Source of the DNA: an uncultured Dictyoglomota bacterium
GTDB taxonomy: Bacteria; Dictyoglomota; Dictyoglomia; Dictyoglomales; Dictyoglomaceae
DNA length: 64,000 bases
NCBI GenBank assembly: GCA_964654465.1
Contig: CAZZIO010000022.1
Location: 32,001-96,000, forward strand
Direction: 5' to 3'
This document shows positions 40,663 to 50,066 of this stretch, in pieces. The number at the start of each line of letters is the position of its first letter. The stretch's first letter is position 1. The translations under genes and the position numbers were made by a program. The notes below the pieces were generated by a model that was not told where the DNA came from, searched no databases, and saw only the letters and a program-made list of their open reading frames with translations.

Positions 40663-41586
40663 TTAATCCTCCCTTTCTCCTTTTGGGTCAATATGAACCA
40701 CAACATCTGAATTTTCAATATTTTTCTTTATAGAATCTTGAACCCTCAAAGCAATTTCATGAGCTTCTTTTGCGGTAAGATTATTTTCTACCTCGATATG
40801 TATAGTTATTACCTTTTGATTTTTATAATCATGCACTAATATATCGTGATAGTTTAAAACACCTGGTATAGAACATACAATACTTTCTATTTTCTTTATA
40901 AACTCCAATTTAGGGGCTTCTCCTATAAGAAAATTAGTAGAAGATTTAATCAAATCAAAACCAACTAAAAAAATTAATAACGAAACAATCAATCCTAAAA
41001 TACCATCTAAGATATACCATTCAAACATTGCAAAGACAAGACTAAGAGCCACAAGAATAGTAGCAATAGCATCACTTCGGTGATGCCATGCATCAGCAAT
41101 TAGGGTTGATGAATCAATCTTTTCTCCAAGAAAAATAGAAAATCTAGCCATCCATTCTTTAAAAATTGCAAAAATTATGAGTAATAGAAAAACCATAAGA
41201 TTAAAACTAACTTTTTGAGAATGTAAAATTCTTTCAAAAGATTCTTTAGCAAGCTCAATTGCTACTATGATAAGAAGAATAGCTATTACAAGAGTGGCTA
41301 TCTCTTCTATCCTACCATGGCCAAAAGGATGTTCCTTATCAGCAGGTTTATTCCCTAATCTAAAGCCAAGGATAACGATGATAGAAGTTAAAACATCAGA
41401 AAGAGAATGAAAAGCATCAGCTATAAGAGCAATACTTCTTAAATATACACCAGAAAAGTATTTAAAGAGAAAAAAAATCAAATTACCTACCACACTTATC
41501 CAACCTTCTAAATATCCTACATACCTTCTATCAACTTCTTTTTTAGAAAATATTTTTTCAAAAAGCCAGGCATTGAATTTCTTCAT
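40663..41586 (-). CDS. Cation diffusion facilitator (CDF) metal exporter
   Basis: DAFHSLSD, HPFGHGRIE, DAWHHRSD and HIDP motifs. Confidence 0.92.
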   Translation of the reverse strand: MKKFNAWLFEKIFSKKEVDRRYVGYLEGWISVVGNLIFFLFKYFSGVYLRSIALIADAFHSLSDVLTSIIVILGFRLGNKPADKEHPFGHGRIEEIATLVIAILLIIVAIELAKESFERILHSQKVSFNLMVFLLLIIFAIFKEWMARFSIFLGEKIDSSTLIADAWHHRSDAIATILVALSLVFAMFEWYILDGILGLIVSLLIFLVGFDLIKSSTNFLIGEAPKLEFIKKIESIVCSIPGVLNYHDILVHDYKNQKVITIHIEVENNLTAKEAHEIALRVQDSIKKNIENSDVVVHIDPKGERED

Positions 41587-41599
41587 TGTTTATCCTCCT

Positions 41600-41629
41600 A
41601 AAAACAAAAATTCCTGCATTTCGCAGGAA
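41600..41629 (-). terminator. Riboswitch expression-platform terminator
   Basis: UUCCUGC-GAAAU-GCAGGAA-UUUUUGUUUUU, overlapping the 3' strand of aptamer P1. Confidence 0.8.
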
Positions 41630-41700
41630 GTCCCGCAAGCATATTAACAAAGCTTGCTGCCTTTAGATTACAAGGCCCGGCTTTATGGCCTGATCTTCCT
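41625..41700 (-). ncRNA. NiCo (czcD) metal-sensing riboswitch
   Basis: AGGAAG-AUCAGGC..GCCGGGCC..GGCAGCA..UGCGGGA-CUUCCU four-way junction matching NiCo conserved blocks; sits upstream of a CDF gene and below promoter TTGACT-17-TATAAT (41736-41708). Confidence 0.88.
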
Positions 41701-41743
41701 TAAAAGGATTATATAAGATAAATTTTTAAAAGTCAAAAAACAA

Positions 41744-42793
41744 TTAAAATTTGAATTTCTTAACTGCTTCTATTAAGGCTCTAATATTTTCTCCTGGTGT
41801 CCCTGGAGACACACCTCCTCCAGCTGATAATATAATACCCTTTTTTTGACCATAATCTTTTAATATATTTTCAACACTTCTTTTTACATCTTCTTCTTTT
41901 CCTTTAACAAGGATATCAAGAGGTGGAACATTTCCCATAAGACATATTTTCCCTTGAGTCATTTCATAAACATCTTTTATATTTTGAAGATGAGTAAAAT
42001 TAAAAATATTAATTCCTAAATCTGGTAAATACTTGTAAAAAACATTATTATTTGTATCATTATGATAAATCTTAACTGGGAAATCAAAAGTAGAGAATAT
42101 CTTTTTCAAAGATGGATGTACAAATTCTAAATAATCACGTTCAGAGAAGAAACCCACTATATCATCTAACACCAATATCCCCTCTACCTCATGCAATATT
42201 TCTATCTGAGCAGTAAGAAAATCAATTACAAGTTCTGTTGTAATATCAATTAGCTTTTTAGCCTCTTCTGGATATAATTTTATAGATACTAAGAACTCAG
42301 TAACCCCCATTAAATGAGACGCTACTGCAAAAGGTCCTCTTGCAGCTACAATTTTTATTGATTCACCCATACTATTTATTTTAGGTTCTACATATTTATA
42401 TAATTCAAGTACAAGAGGCATTAGACCATCAGTTTTAGGATTTGGTTTTTTTACTCTCTTTAAAAATTCTGGAAGATCATCTGCAGAATATATAATTGGT
42501 TCTATACTTGGTGTAGAATTTTCATAGAAAATTATTTTTGATCCAAATCCTGAAGGCTCTTGTGCCATACCATATTCAACCCAAAAATCGGGTATAAAAA
42601 TAACTTCGGAAAACTGTTTTTTTATCTCCTTATAAGCCTCAATCCAAATCTCAGGAACAACATAAAACTGTAGATGAGAAATTCCCAAATATCCAGGAAT
42701 CCATGGACTATCCACAATCAGTGCTATAGGAATATCATCTTGTTCCTTAAACTGAACCGCTTTTAATAAAATATCCCAATCTTTTTCTTTCAT
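41744..42793 (-). CDS. Uroporphyrinogen decarboxylase/MtaA-CmuA-fold protein (not canonical HemE)
   Basis: GPF..AS.L.G, LMGNVPP and ILSAGGG..PGTP.ENI motifs; no RQAGR motif. Confidence 0.8.
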   Translation of the reverse strand: MKEKDWDILLKAVQFKEQDDIPIALIVDSPWIPGYLGISHLQFYVVPEIWIEAYKEIKKQFSEVIFIPDFWVEYGMAQEPSGFGSKIIFYENSTPSIEPIIYSADDLPEFLKRVKKPNPKTDGLMPLVLELYKYVEPKINSMGESIKIVAARGPFAVASHLMGVTEFLVSIKLYPEEAKKLIDITTELVIDFLTAQIEILHEVEGILVLDDIVGFFSERDYLEFVHPSLKKIFSTFDFPVKIYHNDTNNNVFYKYLPDLGINIFNFTHLQNIKDVYEMTQGKICLMGNVPPLDILVKGKEEDVKRSVENILKDYGQKKGIILSAGGGVSPGTPGENIRALIEAVKKFKF

Positions 42794-42806
42794 CTCATTC
42801 TCCCCC

Positions 42807-44855
42807 TTATGGATATATTTTCCTTCCCTTATCGTCGGGAATTCCAGTCTTTCTAAAGAAATAAGTATTTATAACATCTCTCCATTCCTTCGCATGTTCC
42901 AACTGCATTTCCAATCTTTTAGAAACTCTTTCAAATATTTTATCATCAATTCTTTCTTTCAATTCATACCATTTTTCCTTAAGAACTTCTACTTCTTCTA
43001 CCCCCTCAAAATGGAGGTCATATATTTGCTGTATAAGAGTTTTTCCAGATTTCAAAATAAATTTATATGGAACCCTGTGGAAGAAAAGAAGTAAGTCTTC
43101 TGGACATTTATTTATATCATCATAAATCTCTCTCCAAGGAGAATGATATTGAAGAGTATAACCTGTTCCTTTTGAAGTTCTATCAATTCCTATAGCCTCA
43201 TAATTTGCCCTATGATATGTACCCCAACGAGAATACTCATAACCTTCAGGATTGGGTCCATAATGATACCCAGGATTCACCATCCAACCAAGTCCAAAAG
43301 GGGTTGTATACTTTTCATAAATTCTATGAGAATTTAACAACATATAAGAAATATTTTCTCTTACTTTGCTATCATCCCCAAATGTCAATTTTATCCAATC
43401 ATCTACCACCTTAGCTATATCTCTATCTGGATTCCATGCTAATACTCCAAAAGTATAAAGATTCGCCTGAGCAAGATCATGTCCAGTCCAATTTGAACTA
43501 TCTCCCACATTTGATACTCCTGCAAAACCATTATATTTAGTCTCAAAAATTTTTCCTTTCAAAATCTCTTTAACTTTTGAGCCTTCACCTTTGGCATAAG
43601 TATCAAATTCTAAAATTTCCTTCCACAATGTACCTAAATAACATAGATGAATTTGTTGCCCAGTATACTCTTGTGTTATTTGCAATTCTAAGATTTGATT
43701 AGTTTTTTCCATCCCCCCAAAAAGCGGTGATACAGGTTCCCTAACTTGAAAATCCATAGGTCCATATTTTATCTGAAGTACCACATTTTCATAAAAATTT
43801 CCATCTAAGGGCTTAAAGTTATCATAAGCTGCTCTAGCTCTATCTGTTTTATAATCTCTCCAGTCTTGCATACAATTATATACAAAGGTTCTCCATATCA
43901 CATATCCCCCATATGGTTCTAAGGCTTCTGCAAGCATATTCGCCCCATCTGCATGAGTTCTCCCATACATGTGGGGACCAGGGTTAAATTCAGAATCAGC
44001 TTTCACTAAAAAGCCTCCAAAATAAGGTATATAATCATAAATTTCTTCTGCTTTTGTCTTCCACCAAATGGAAACTCTTTTGTCTAAAGGATCAGCAGTA
44101 GAAAGACCGCCAAGATAAATAGGAGAAGCAAAATTAATTGAAAGATAAATTTTTATTCCGTAATCCCAGAATATATTGGCAAGTCTTGAAAGAATCTTCA
44201 AATATTTATGGGTTATAAGCTCTACTTCTTTTTTCTTCACATTTACATTATTTATTACAACACCATTTATACCAATGGAGGATAAAAGTCTAGCATAGTC
44301 CCTTGTCCTCTCATTTATAATGATTTTGTTATCTTTAAAAAAAATGGAATTTCCTGCATACCCTCTTTCTACTGTTCCATCCAAATTATCCCAATGATTA
44401 ATTATCCTAAAATAAGATGCAGGATTATCTACATGATTTAAATCATCTAATTTCTCACCTATTCTGAGATTTTCTATTAATTTAAAAACTGCATAAACCA
44501 AAGCCCTTTCATTTTTAGCAGTTATAATTAATATGTCTTTATCATTTTCCTTTATCCTCTTAAGTATAAAACCCTCATTATTTAATTTTCTTTCCCACAT
44601 TTTAGCTTCTTTTATAATATCTTTCATTTGATCGATTTTGCCAATCAAAATATACTTAGAAAAATCAAAGCTTCCTTTTATTACTCTCGGATTAATTTTA
44701 AAGGAATATTTTATAAAGTGTTTAAGTTCCTTGATAGGGACCTCAAGAGATTTGTCATTATCTACAATACAAATAGTTCTAAATAAATCAAAATCTTTTA
44801 TTTTTAAAGTTCTGTAATCCAACCAACACATATCATATGGCTTAACACTACTCAT
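42807..44855 (-). CDS. aguA: Alpha-glucuronidase, GH67
   Basis: [35 protein letters not shown] and [11 protein letters not shown] motifs. Confidence 0.95.
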   Translation of the reverse strand: MSSVKPYDMCWLDYRTLKIKDFDLFRTICIVDNDKSLEVPIKELKHFIKYSFKINPRVIKGSFDFSKYILIGKIDQMKDIIKEAKMWERKLNNEGFILKRIKENDKDILIITAKNERALVYAVFKLIENLRIGEKLDDLNHVDNPASYFRIINHWDNLDGTVERGYAGNSIFFKDNKIIINERTRDYARLLSSIGINGVVINNVNVKKKEVELITHKYLKILSRLANIFWDYGIKIYLSINFASPIYLGGLSTADPLDKRVSIWWKTKAEEIYDYIPYFGGFLVKADSEFNPGPHMYGRTHADGANMLAEALEPYGGYVIWRTFVYNCMQDWRDYKTDRARAAYDNFKPLDGNFYENVVLQIKYGPMDFQVREPVSPLFGGMEKTNQILELQITQEYTGQQIHLCYLGTLWKEILEFDTYAKGEGSKVKEILKGKIFETKYNGFAGVSNVGDSSNWTGHDLAQANLYTFGVLAWNPDRDIAKVVDDWIKLTFGDDSKVRENISYMLLNSHRIYEKYTTPFGLGWMVNPGYHYGPNPEGYEYSRWGTYHRANYEAIGIDRTSKGTGYTLQYHSPWREIYDDINKCPEDLLLFFHRVPYKFILKSGKTLIQQIYDLHFEGVEEVEVLKEKWYELKERIDDKIFERVSKRLEMQLEHAKEWRDVINTYFFRKTGIPDDKGRKIYP

Positions 44856-45026
44856 TATTTAACTCCCCTATCTTTTTTAAAAATTATACCATAAAAAATG
44901 TTTGCACAATGGTTTTCTAGATAAGAGATTTTATTAGTTTATTTTACTAAAAATTAGACCCTATACATATTTTTAAAAAAGTAGTAAAATAAATGTAAAA
45001 TTTAAATGTAAGAGGTGAGTTTATAT

Positions 45027-46139
45027 ATGCCATTAAAAGTCACAAAGATAAATGATAATATTACTGTGATACAGACACCGGAACAGCCCTTTTTATCTAA
45101 TTCATATCTTGTTTCTTTAAATGGAAAAGAAAGAGTGTACCTTCTAGTTGACCCAACACCCCAAGAATATTTTAAAGACTTAATCTTTACATTAAACGAT
45201 CTTATAGGAGGAGTAGAAAATTTAGATTTAATCTACGTAAATCATCAGGATCCAGATGTTACATCATCCTTAGCACCTATAATGGATATGAATAAAAATG
45301 CTCTTCTTATTACATCTGAAGATACATGGAGATTAATAAGATTTTATGGTATTCCTAGAGAAAGATTTCAAGCCATAGAATATTTCCCAAATAGAAAAGT
45401 AGTACTTAAAACCAATGACACCTTAGAATTTATACATACACCCTTCTGCCACTTTAGAGGGGCTTGGATGCTATTTATTCCAGAGAAAAAAGCCCTCTTT
45501 TCAGGTGACCTTTTAGGAGGTCTATCTTCCAGAGAAGTTAATGGGGTATTTGCTACTGAAGATTCCTGGGAGGGAATCAAACTTTTTCATGAAATATATA
45601 TGCCATCAAAAGAAGCCTTGAGACTTGCAATAGATAAAATAGGTAGGTTAACTCCTCTTCCCGATATTATACTTCCACAACATGGTGACATAATAAGAAA
45701 AAATTTAATTGTTGATTTTTTAGCTAAACTCAACGATTTAGAAGTAGGTTTAGATTATATTAAGAAATATGAATCCCAACAACAATTTTACCTCTATGCC
45801 TTTAATGAGATTTTACAAAATTTAAAGAATAACTATTCAGATAAAGAAAAATTAATGCAAAAACTGAAGGAGATTAACTCTTCTCCATTTTTCCCAGAAT
45901 TAATACATTTTGAAAATGGAGTAGCAACAGAATTTAGAATCCAACCAGAAACAGCCATTGAATTGCTTTATGATAAATTTAGCGAGGATGCCCAACGAGA
46001 AGAAAGAGAAAGCTTAAGAATTGATATAATTAAAACTCTTAGAAAATATAATCTTGACATCCCTGAAGGTATATTATATGAAAGACAAAGAGTTTCTGAA
46101 AATCCATTTAGAAGAATCTTTAAAATATTCCAGAGGTGA
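45027..46139 (+). CDS. Metallo-beta-lactamase-fold di-iron protein (ODP/FprA N-domain-like) with a C-terminal extension
   Basis: NSYL, HQDPD, FCHF, FSGDL and PQHG motifs; start at 45027 or 45015. Confidence 0.8.
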   Translation: MPLKVTKINDNITVIQTPEQPFLSNSYLVSLNGKERVYLLVDPTPQEYFKDLIFTLNDLIGGVENLDLIYVNHQDPDVTSSLAPIMDMNKNALLITSEDTWRLIRFYGIPRERFQAIEYFPNRKVVLKTNDTLEFIHTPFCHFRGAWMLFIPEKKALFSGDLLGGLSSREVNGVFATEDSWEGIKLFHEIYMPSKEALRLAIDKIGRLTPLPDIILPQHGDIIRKNLIVDFLAKLNDLEVGLDYIKKYESQQQFYLYAFNEILQNLKNNYSDKEKLMQKLKEINSSPFFPELIHFENGVATEFRIQPETAIELLYDKFSEDAQREERESLRIDIIKTLRKYNLDIPEGILYERQRVSENPFRRIFKIFQR

Positions 46140-46144
46140 TATCA

Positions 46145-46345
46145 ATGCCTATATTTGAGTTTAAATGTGAAGAATGTGGAGAAAAATTTGAAAAACTTGT
46201 ATATTCTAATGAAGAGATACGATGTCCTAAGTGTGGAAGTAAAAATCTAAAAAAACTTATATCTTTGTTTGCCACATCTGGAATTGAACAAGGATCATCA
46301 GGTTGTTCTTCCTGTTCAGGAGGAAATTGTAGCTCTTGCCATTAA
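46145..46345 (+). CDS. FmdB-family zinc-ribbon protein
   Basis: MPIFEFKCEECG..CPKCGS..KLIS.F and a Cys-rich tail. Confidence 0.88.
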   Translation: MPIFEFKCEECGEKFEKLVYSNEEIRCPKCGSKNLKKLISLFATSGIEQGSSGCSSCSGGNCSSCH

Positions 46346-46346
46346 G

Positions 46347-46374
46347 AAAGGGAGAGGCTGTTACCTCTCCCTTT
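46347..46374. terminator. Bidirectional terminator
   Basis: AAAGGGAGAGG/CCTCTCCCTTT. Confidence 0.75.
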
Positions 46375-47484
46375 TTACATTCTAATTAATTCATAATCTC
46401 TACTTCCAAGTCCTATTTCTTCTGCATATTTTATTTGCAAACTCCAATCTATATTAGGATGTATAGCTTTAATTTTATCTTCTCCAGGATTAAAATTATC
46501 TGTTAAAGCTGTATCTTTTAGACCAATCTGTGAATTGATTAGGTCACAAGATGCCTGATCTATTGCAACTATATCCCAACTACCTAAAATTCCCACATCA
46601 GGAACAATATTAGCATCATGCCAACTTGCACAATCACAATCTGGAGATACATCCATTACAAAATTTATAAAGGCATATTTTGGTTCTTTTTGTTTCAGCA
46701 TTCCATAAGTAAATTCTGCCATTTTCTCTTGTAATCCTATAGCAGATTCATTCCATAAAATTTTTATAGCGGATGTAGGACAAACAACTGCACATTCGCC
46801 ACAACCTATACACAAATCAGGCCTTGTTAGCTTAGATTTCTTATTAACAAGTTCTAAGGCTCCAGTAGGACAGTGATTTACACATCTCTTACAGCCAATA
46901 CAAAGGTTGGGGTTAGGATCAGGTTTAAATTGGGCATGTTGCATTTGTTTTCCTGATCTTGGTGCACACCCCATACCTACATTTTTTATTGCTCCACCCA
47001 ATCCAGCACTCATATGACCCTTAACATGAGTTAAAACTAAGAGAAAATCTGCATCATGTATAGCTCCTGCCACTTTTATCTTCTTAAAATGTTTTAAATT
47101 TACCTCTACTTCCTTATAATAATCCCCATAAATTCCATCAGCTATTATTATGGGGGCTCCTACAGAGGAATATCCAAAACCATTGTAAATGGCTGATTCT
47201 AAATGATCCACAGCATTAGCTCTACCACCTTTATATAAAGTATTAGCATCAGTAAGAAAAGGTTTTCCTCCAAGCTCTCTTACAGCTTCCACCACCTGTC
47301 TAACAAATATAGGTCTTAAAAAGGCATGATTTCCTGGCTCTCCAAAATGAAGTTTTATAGCTACTATATCTCCCTTTGACATTCTTTCTTCTAAAAGCTT
47401 TTTAGCAAGTCTTTTTAATCTTCTCAGAACAGATTGATTTTCATTCTTTGCTCTTAGTGATAAAAAATATACAGGTGACTTCAT
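46375..47484 (-). CDS. DUF362-domain protein with an inserted 2x[4Fe-4S] ferredoxin
   Basis: VAIKLHFGE.GN, TDANTLY.G.R, HVKGH, two CxxCxxCxxxCP motifs and CDC. Confidence 0.88.
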   Translation of the reverse strand: MKSPVYFLSLRAKNENQSVLRRLKRLAKKLLEERMSKGDIVAIKLHFGEPGNHAFLRPIFVRQVVEAVRELGGKPFLTDANTLYKGGRANAVDHLESAIYNGFGYSSVGAPIIIADGIYGDYYKEVEVNLKHFKKIKVAGAIHDADFLLVLTHVKGHMSAGLGGAIKNVGMGCAPRSGKQMQHAQFKPDPNPNLCIGCKRCVNHCPTGALELVNKKSKLTRPDLCIGCGECAVVCPTSAIKILWNESAIGLQEKMAEFTYGMLKQKEPKYAFINFVMDVSPDCDCASWHDANIVPDVGILGSWDIVAIDQASCDLINSQIGLKDTALTDNFNPGEDKIKAIHPNIDWSLQIKYAEEIGLGSRDYELIRM

Positions 47485-48035
47485 AAATTTTCCTCCTTTA
47501 ATGCCTTAATAAAAAGATTTGGAATTTCATTATCTATACCAATGAAATGAATCTCATCGAAAACATTTGGATTATGCTTTATAAAATCAAGAACAGTATT
47601 TACAATAATTTTGGTGCCAAGCTCTGGTGGAAAACCAAAAATTCCGCAACTTATTGCAGGGATACTTATAGATTTAATACCCCTTTCTTTTGCAATCTCT
47701 AAGACACTTCTTACTGCTTTTCGAAGCTTTTCTTGTTCATTTCCTTCTCCCCATCGAGGACCTACAGTATGGATAACATATTTTGTCTTCAAACTTCCAC
47801 CAGATGTAACCATAGCTGATCCTACTGGAAGAGGTCCATATTTGGAAACATACTCATCGCTTTCCCTTTGTATTGTTTCACCACCTGCTTTAACTATAGC
47901 TCCTGCTACCCCACCTCCATGTTTTAAATAGGAGTTCGCTGGATTAACTATAGCATCTAAATTTTCTTGAGTTATATCTCCTTTAACAACCTTTAACTTA
48001 ACATCATTTATATCTTTTTCAAATAAAATTTCCAT
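47481..48035 (-). CDS. Macrodomain protein (ADP-ribose binding/hydrolase, YmdB-like)
   Basis: GDIT, AIVNPAN..L.HGGGVAGAI, VIHTVGP and PAISCGIFGFP motifs. Confidence 0.92.
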   Translation of the reverse strand: MEILFEKDINDVKLKVVKGDITQENLDAIVNPANSYLKHGGGVAGAIVKAGGETIQRESDEYVSKYGPLPVGSAMVTSGGSLKTKYVIHTVGPRWGEGNEQEKLRKAVRSVLEIAKERGIKSISIPAISCGIFGFPPELGTKIIVNTVLDFIKHNPNVFDEIHFIGIDNEIPNLFIKALKEENL

Positions 48036-48102
48036 GCCCTTTCACCTCCCTCTCAGTTTATTTCTTGTTATTATAAACCGAAAAGAGAAGCAAAAGGGCA
48101 TG
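48033..48102 (-). promoter_or_regulatory. Long 5'-UTR hairpin sequestering the SD and start codon (candidate translational switch or RNA thermometer)
   Basis: 29 bp with one bulge and 6 G-U pairs, which form only on the mRNA strand. Confidence 0.7.
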
Positions 48103-48122
48103 AAAAAATTATTATCTAAATA

Positions 48123-49076
48123 TTAGGTATAAAGACAACATTTAACAATTCTTCCATCTACCTCCACATCTGGTACTGGATTTTTACATTTATCCATTCT
48201 ATATGGACATCTACTTATAAATTTACAACCTTTCATTTGATATTCTTCTTCCTCTAAAGTAAGAATCTTAATATCCTTAGTCCATTTTTTCTTTGGATCT
48301 GGTTCTGGAATAGATTCTTTAAGTAACATTGTATATGGATGCTTAGGATCTGTTAGTACTTTATCAACAGATCCCATTTCCACTATTTCACCTCTAAACA
48401 TTATGGCGATCCTATCACTAACATAATATGCTGTGGCAAGATCATGAGTAATATATAAAACACTTAACCCTATTTCTTTTTTAAGTTTTGCAAAGAGATT
48501 TACAATGGACATTCTCAAAGAAGCATCAACCATTGATACAGGCTCATCAGCCACAAGAAGAGTAGGATTAGTAAGTAAAGACCTGGCAATAGATATTCTT
48601 TGAAGCTGTCCTCCAGAAAACTCACTTGGATATTTATTTACCACGTCATTCCAAGTAAGTCCTACCAAATTTAATGCATTTTCTATCACTTCCTGATAAT
48701 TACTATTTGCACCAAGATTTTTAGCAGTTTCTACAAGATAATTATGGACCATTCTTAATGGATTAAAAGTTTCAAATGGATTCTGAAAAACCGCTTGTAC
48801 TTCTTTTCTAATAGACTTCTTATCTTCCTTTTGAGATTCTATTATATTTTTTCCTTTGTATATTATCTTTCCAGATGTAGGTTCAAGAAATCCCAAAATA
48901 ATCTTGGCAACTGTAGTCTTACCACTACCACTTTCTCCAGCAAGCGTAAAAATTTCAGATTCTTTAATATTAAAGGAGACATTATTAACAGCACTTATCT
49001 TCACTCGAGAAAACATAGAACCCAATGTAAAAATTTTTGTTAAATTCTCAACCCTTAATAGTATCTCTTTATTCAT
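48123..49076 (-). CDS. Opp-type ABC ATPase (OppF-like)
   Basis: GESGSGKTT, FSGGQLQR and HPYT; start adjusted to the SD-supported ATG. Confidence 0.9.
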   Translation of the reverse strand: MNKEILLRVENLTKIFTLGSMFSRVKISAVNNVSFNIKESEIFTLAGESGSGKTTVAKIILGFLEPTSGKIIYKGKNIIESQKEDKKSIRKEVQAVFQNPFETFNPLRMVHNYLVETAKNLGANSNYQEVIENALNLVGLTWNDVVNKYPSEFSGGQLQRISIARSLLTNPTLLVADEPVSMVDASLRMSIVNLFAKLKKEIGLSVLYITHDLATAYYVSDRIAIMFRGEIVEMGSVDKVLTDPKHPYTMLLKESIPEPDPKKKWTKDIKILTLEEEEYQMKGCKFISRCPYRMDKCKNPVPDVEVDGRIVKCCLYT

Positions 49077-50062
49077 AGCTCTCTCTCCTTTGAATATAAA
49101 AAGCATGCTACTCTATGTTCTGAATTTACACTTACAAATTCAGGTACATTAACTTTACATTCTTCCATAGCTTGACCACACCTTGGGTGAAATCTACAAC
49201 CAGATGGTGGGTTTAAAAGGGATGGTGGTGCACCTGGAGCACTTACCCTATATGATTTATCTCCAATCTTGGGCAAAGCTCCTATAAGATATTTAGTATA
49301 AGGATGTAGTGGGCTCTCAAAAATCTCGGATGTAGGAGCCTCCTCTACAATCTTTCCAGCATACATTATAGCAATCCTATCAGATATACTTGCATGTACA
49401 CCCATATCATGAGTAACAAGAATAACAGTGTTCTTCAAATTCTTTTGTATTTCTTTTAATAATTGAATCACTGCTCTTTGAGCCACTACATCCAAAGCAG
49501 TAGAAGGTTCATCAGCTACTATGATCTTCGGACTAAGAATAGTAGCAAGAGCTATTGTAACCCTTTGTCGCATACCCCCAGACAATTGGTGAGGATAAGC
49601 ATCCAAAACCTTCGTGGGCAATCCTAGTAAAGCAAAATGCTCTTCTATATTTTTTCTCCAAGCACTTTTATCAGAAATATCAACATGAGAGCCAATAAAA
49701 TCCCAAAAAGATTCAATTATTTTTACCACTGGATTTAATACACTCATTGATCCTTGAGGAATATATGAAATATAATTCCACCTTATACTCTCTAAGGACC
49801 CATTCGTAGAAAAAATATTTTTATATTCATTATCTATTCTATAATAGACTTTTCCACCTACTACATTTAGTGGTGGCTCTACCATACCATAAAGAGTTTT
49901 AATAAGAGTACTCTTTCCACACCCTGATTCGCCAGCAATGCCATAAATTTCATTCTCTTTAATAGATATATTTATATTATCAACTGCTCTTACAGAATGA
50001 AGCTTACCCCCTATATCTAATAGATAATAAGCCTTTAAATTTTCTGCCTTTAAGATCTCCAT
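49073..50062 (-). CDS. Opp-type ABC ATPase (OppD-like)
   Basis: [17 protein letters not shown] and GCRFHPRC motifs. Confidence 0.92.
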   Translation of the reverse strand: MEILKAENLKAYYLLDIGGKLHSVRAVDNINISIKENEIYGIAGESGCGKSTLIKTLYGMVEPPLNVVGGKVYYRIDNEYKNIFSTNGSLESIRWNYISYIPQGSMSVLNPVVKIIESFWDFIGSHVDISDKSAWRKNIEEHFALLGLPTKVLDAYPHQLSGGMRQRVTIALATILSPKIIVADEPSTALDVVAQRAVIQLLKEIQKNLKNTVILVTHDMGVHASISDRIAIMYAGKIVEEAPTSEIFESPLHPYTKYLIGALPKIGDKSYRVSAPGAPPSLLNPPSGCRFHPRCGQAMEECKVNVPEFVSVNSEHRVACFLYSKEREL

Positions 50063-50066
50063 TTCA

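Noticed and set aside
41744-42793. Calling this gene hemE
   Set aside because: No RQAGR motif and no tetrapyrrole gene context
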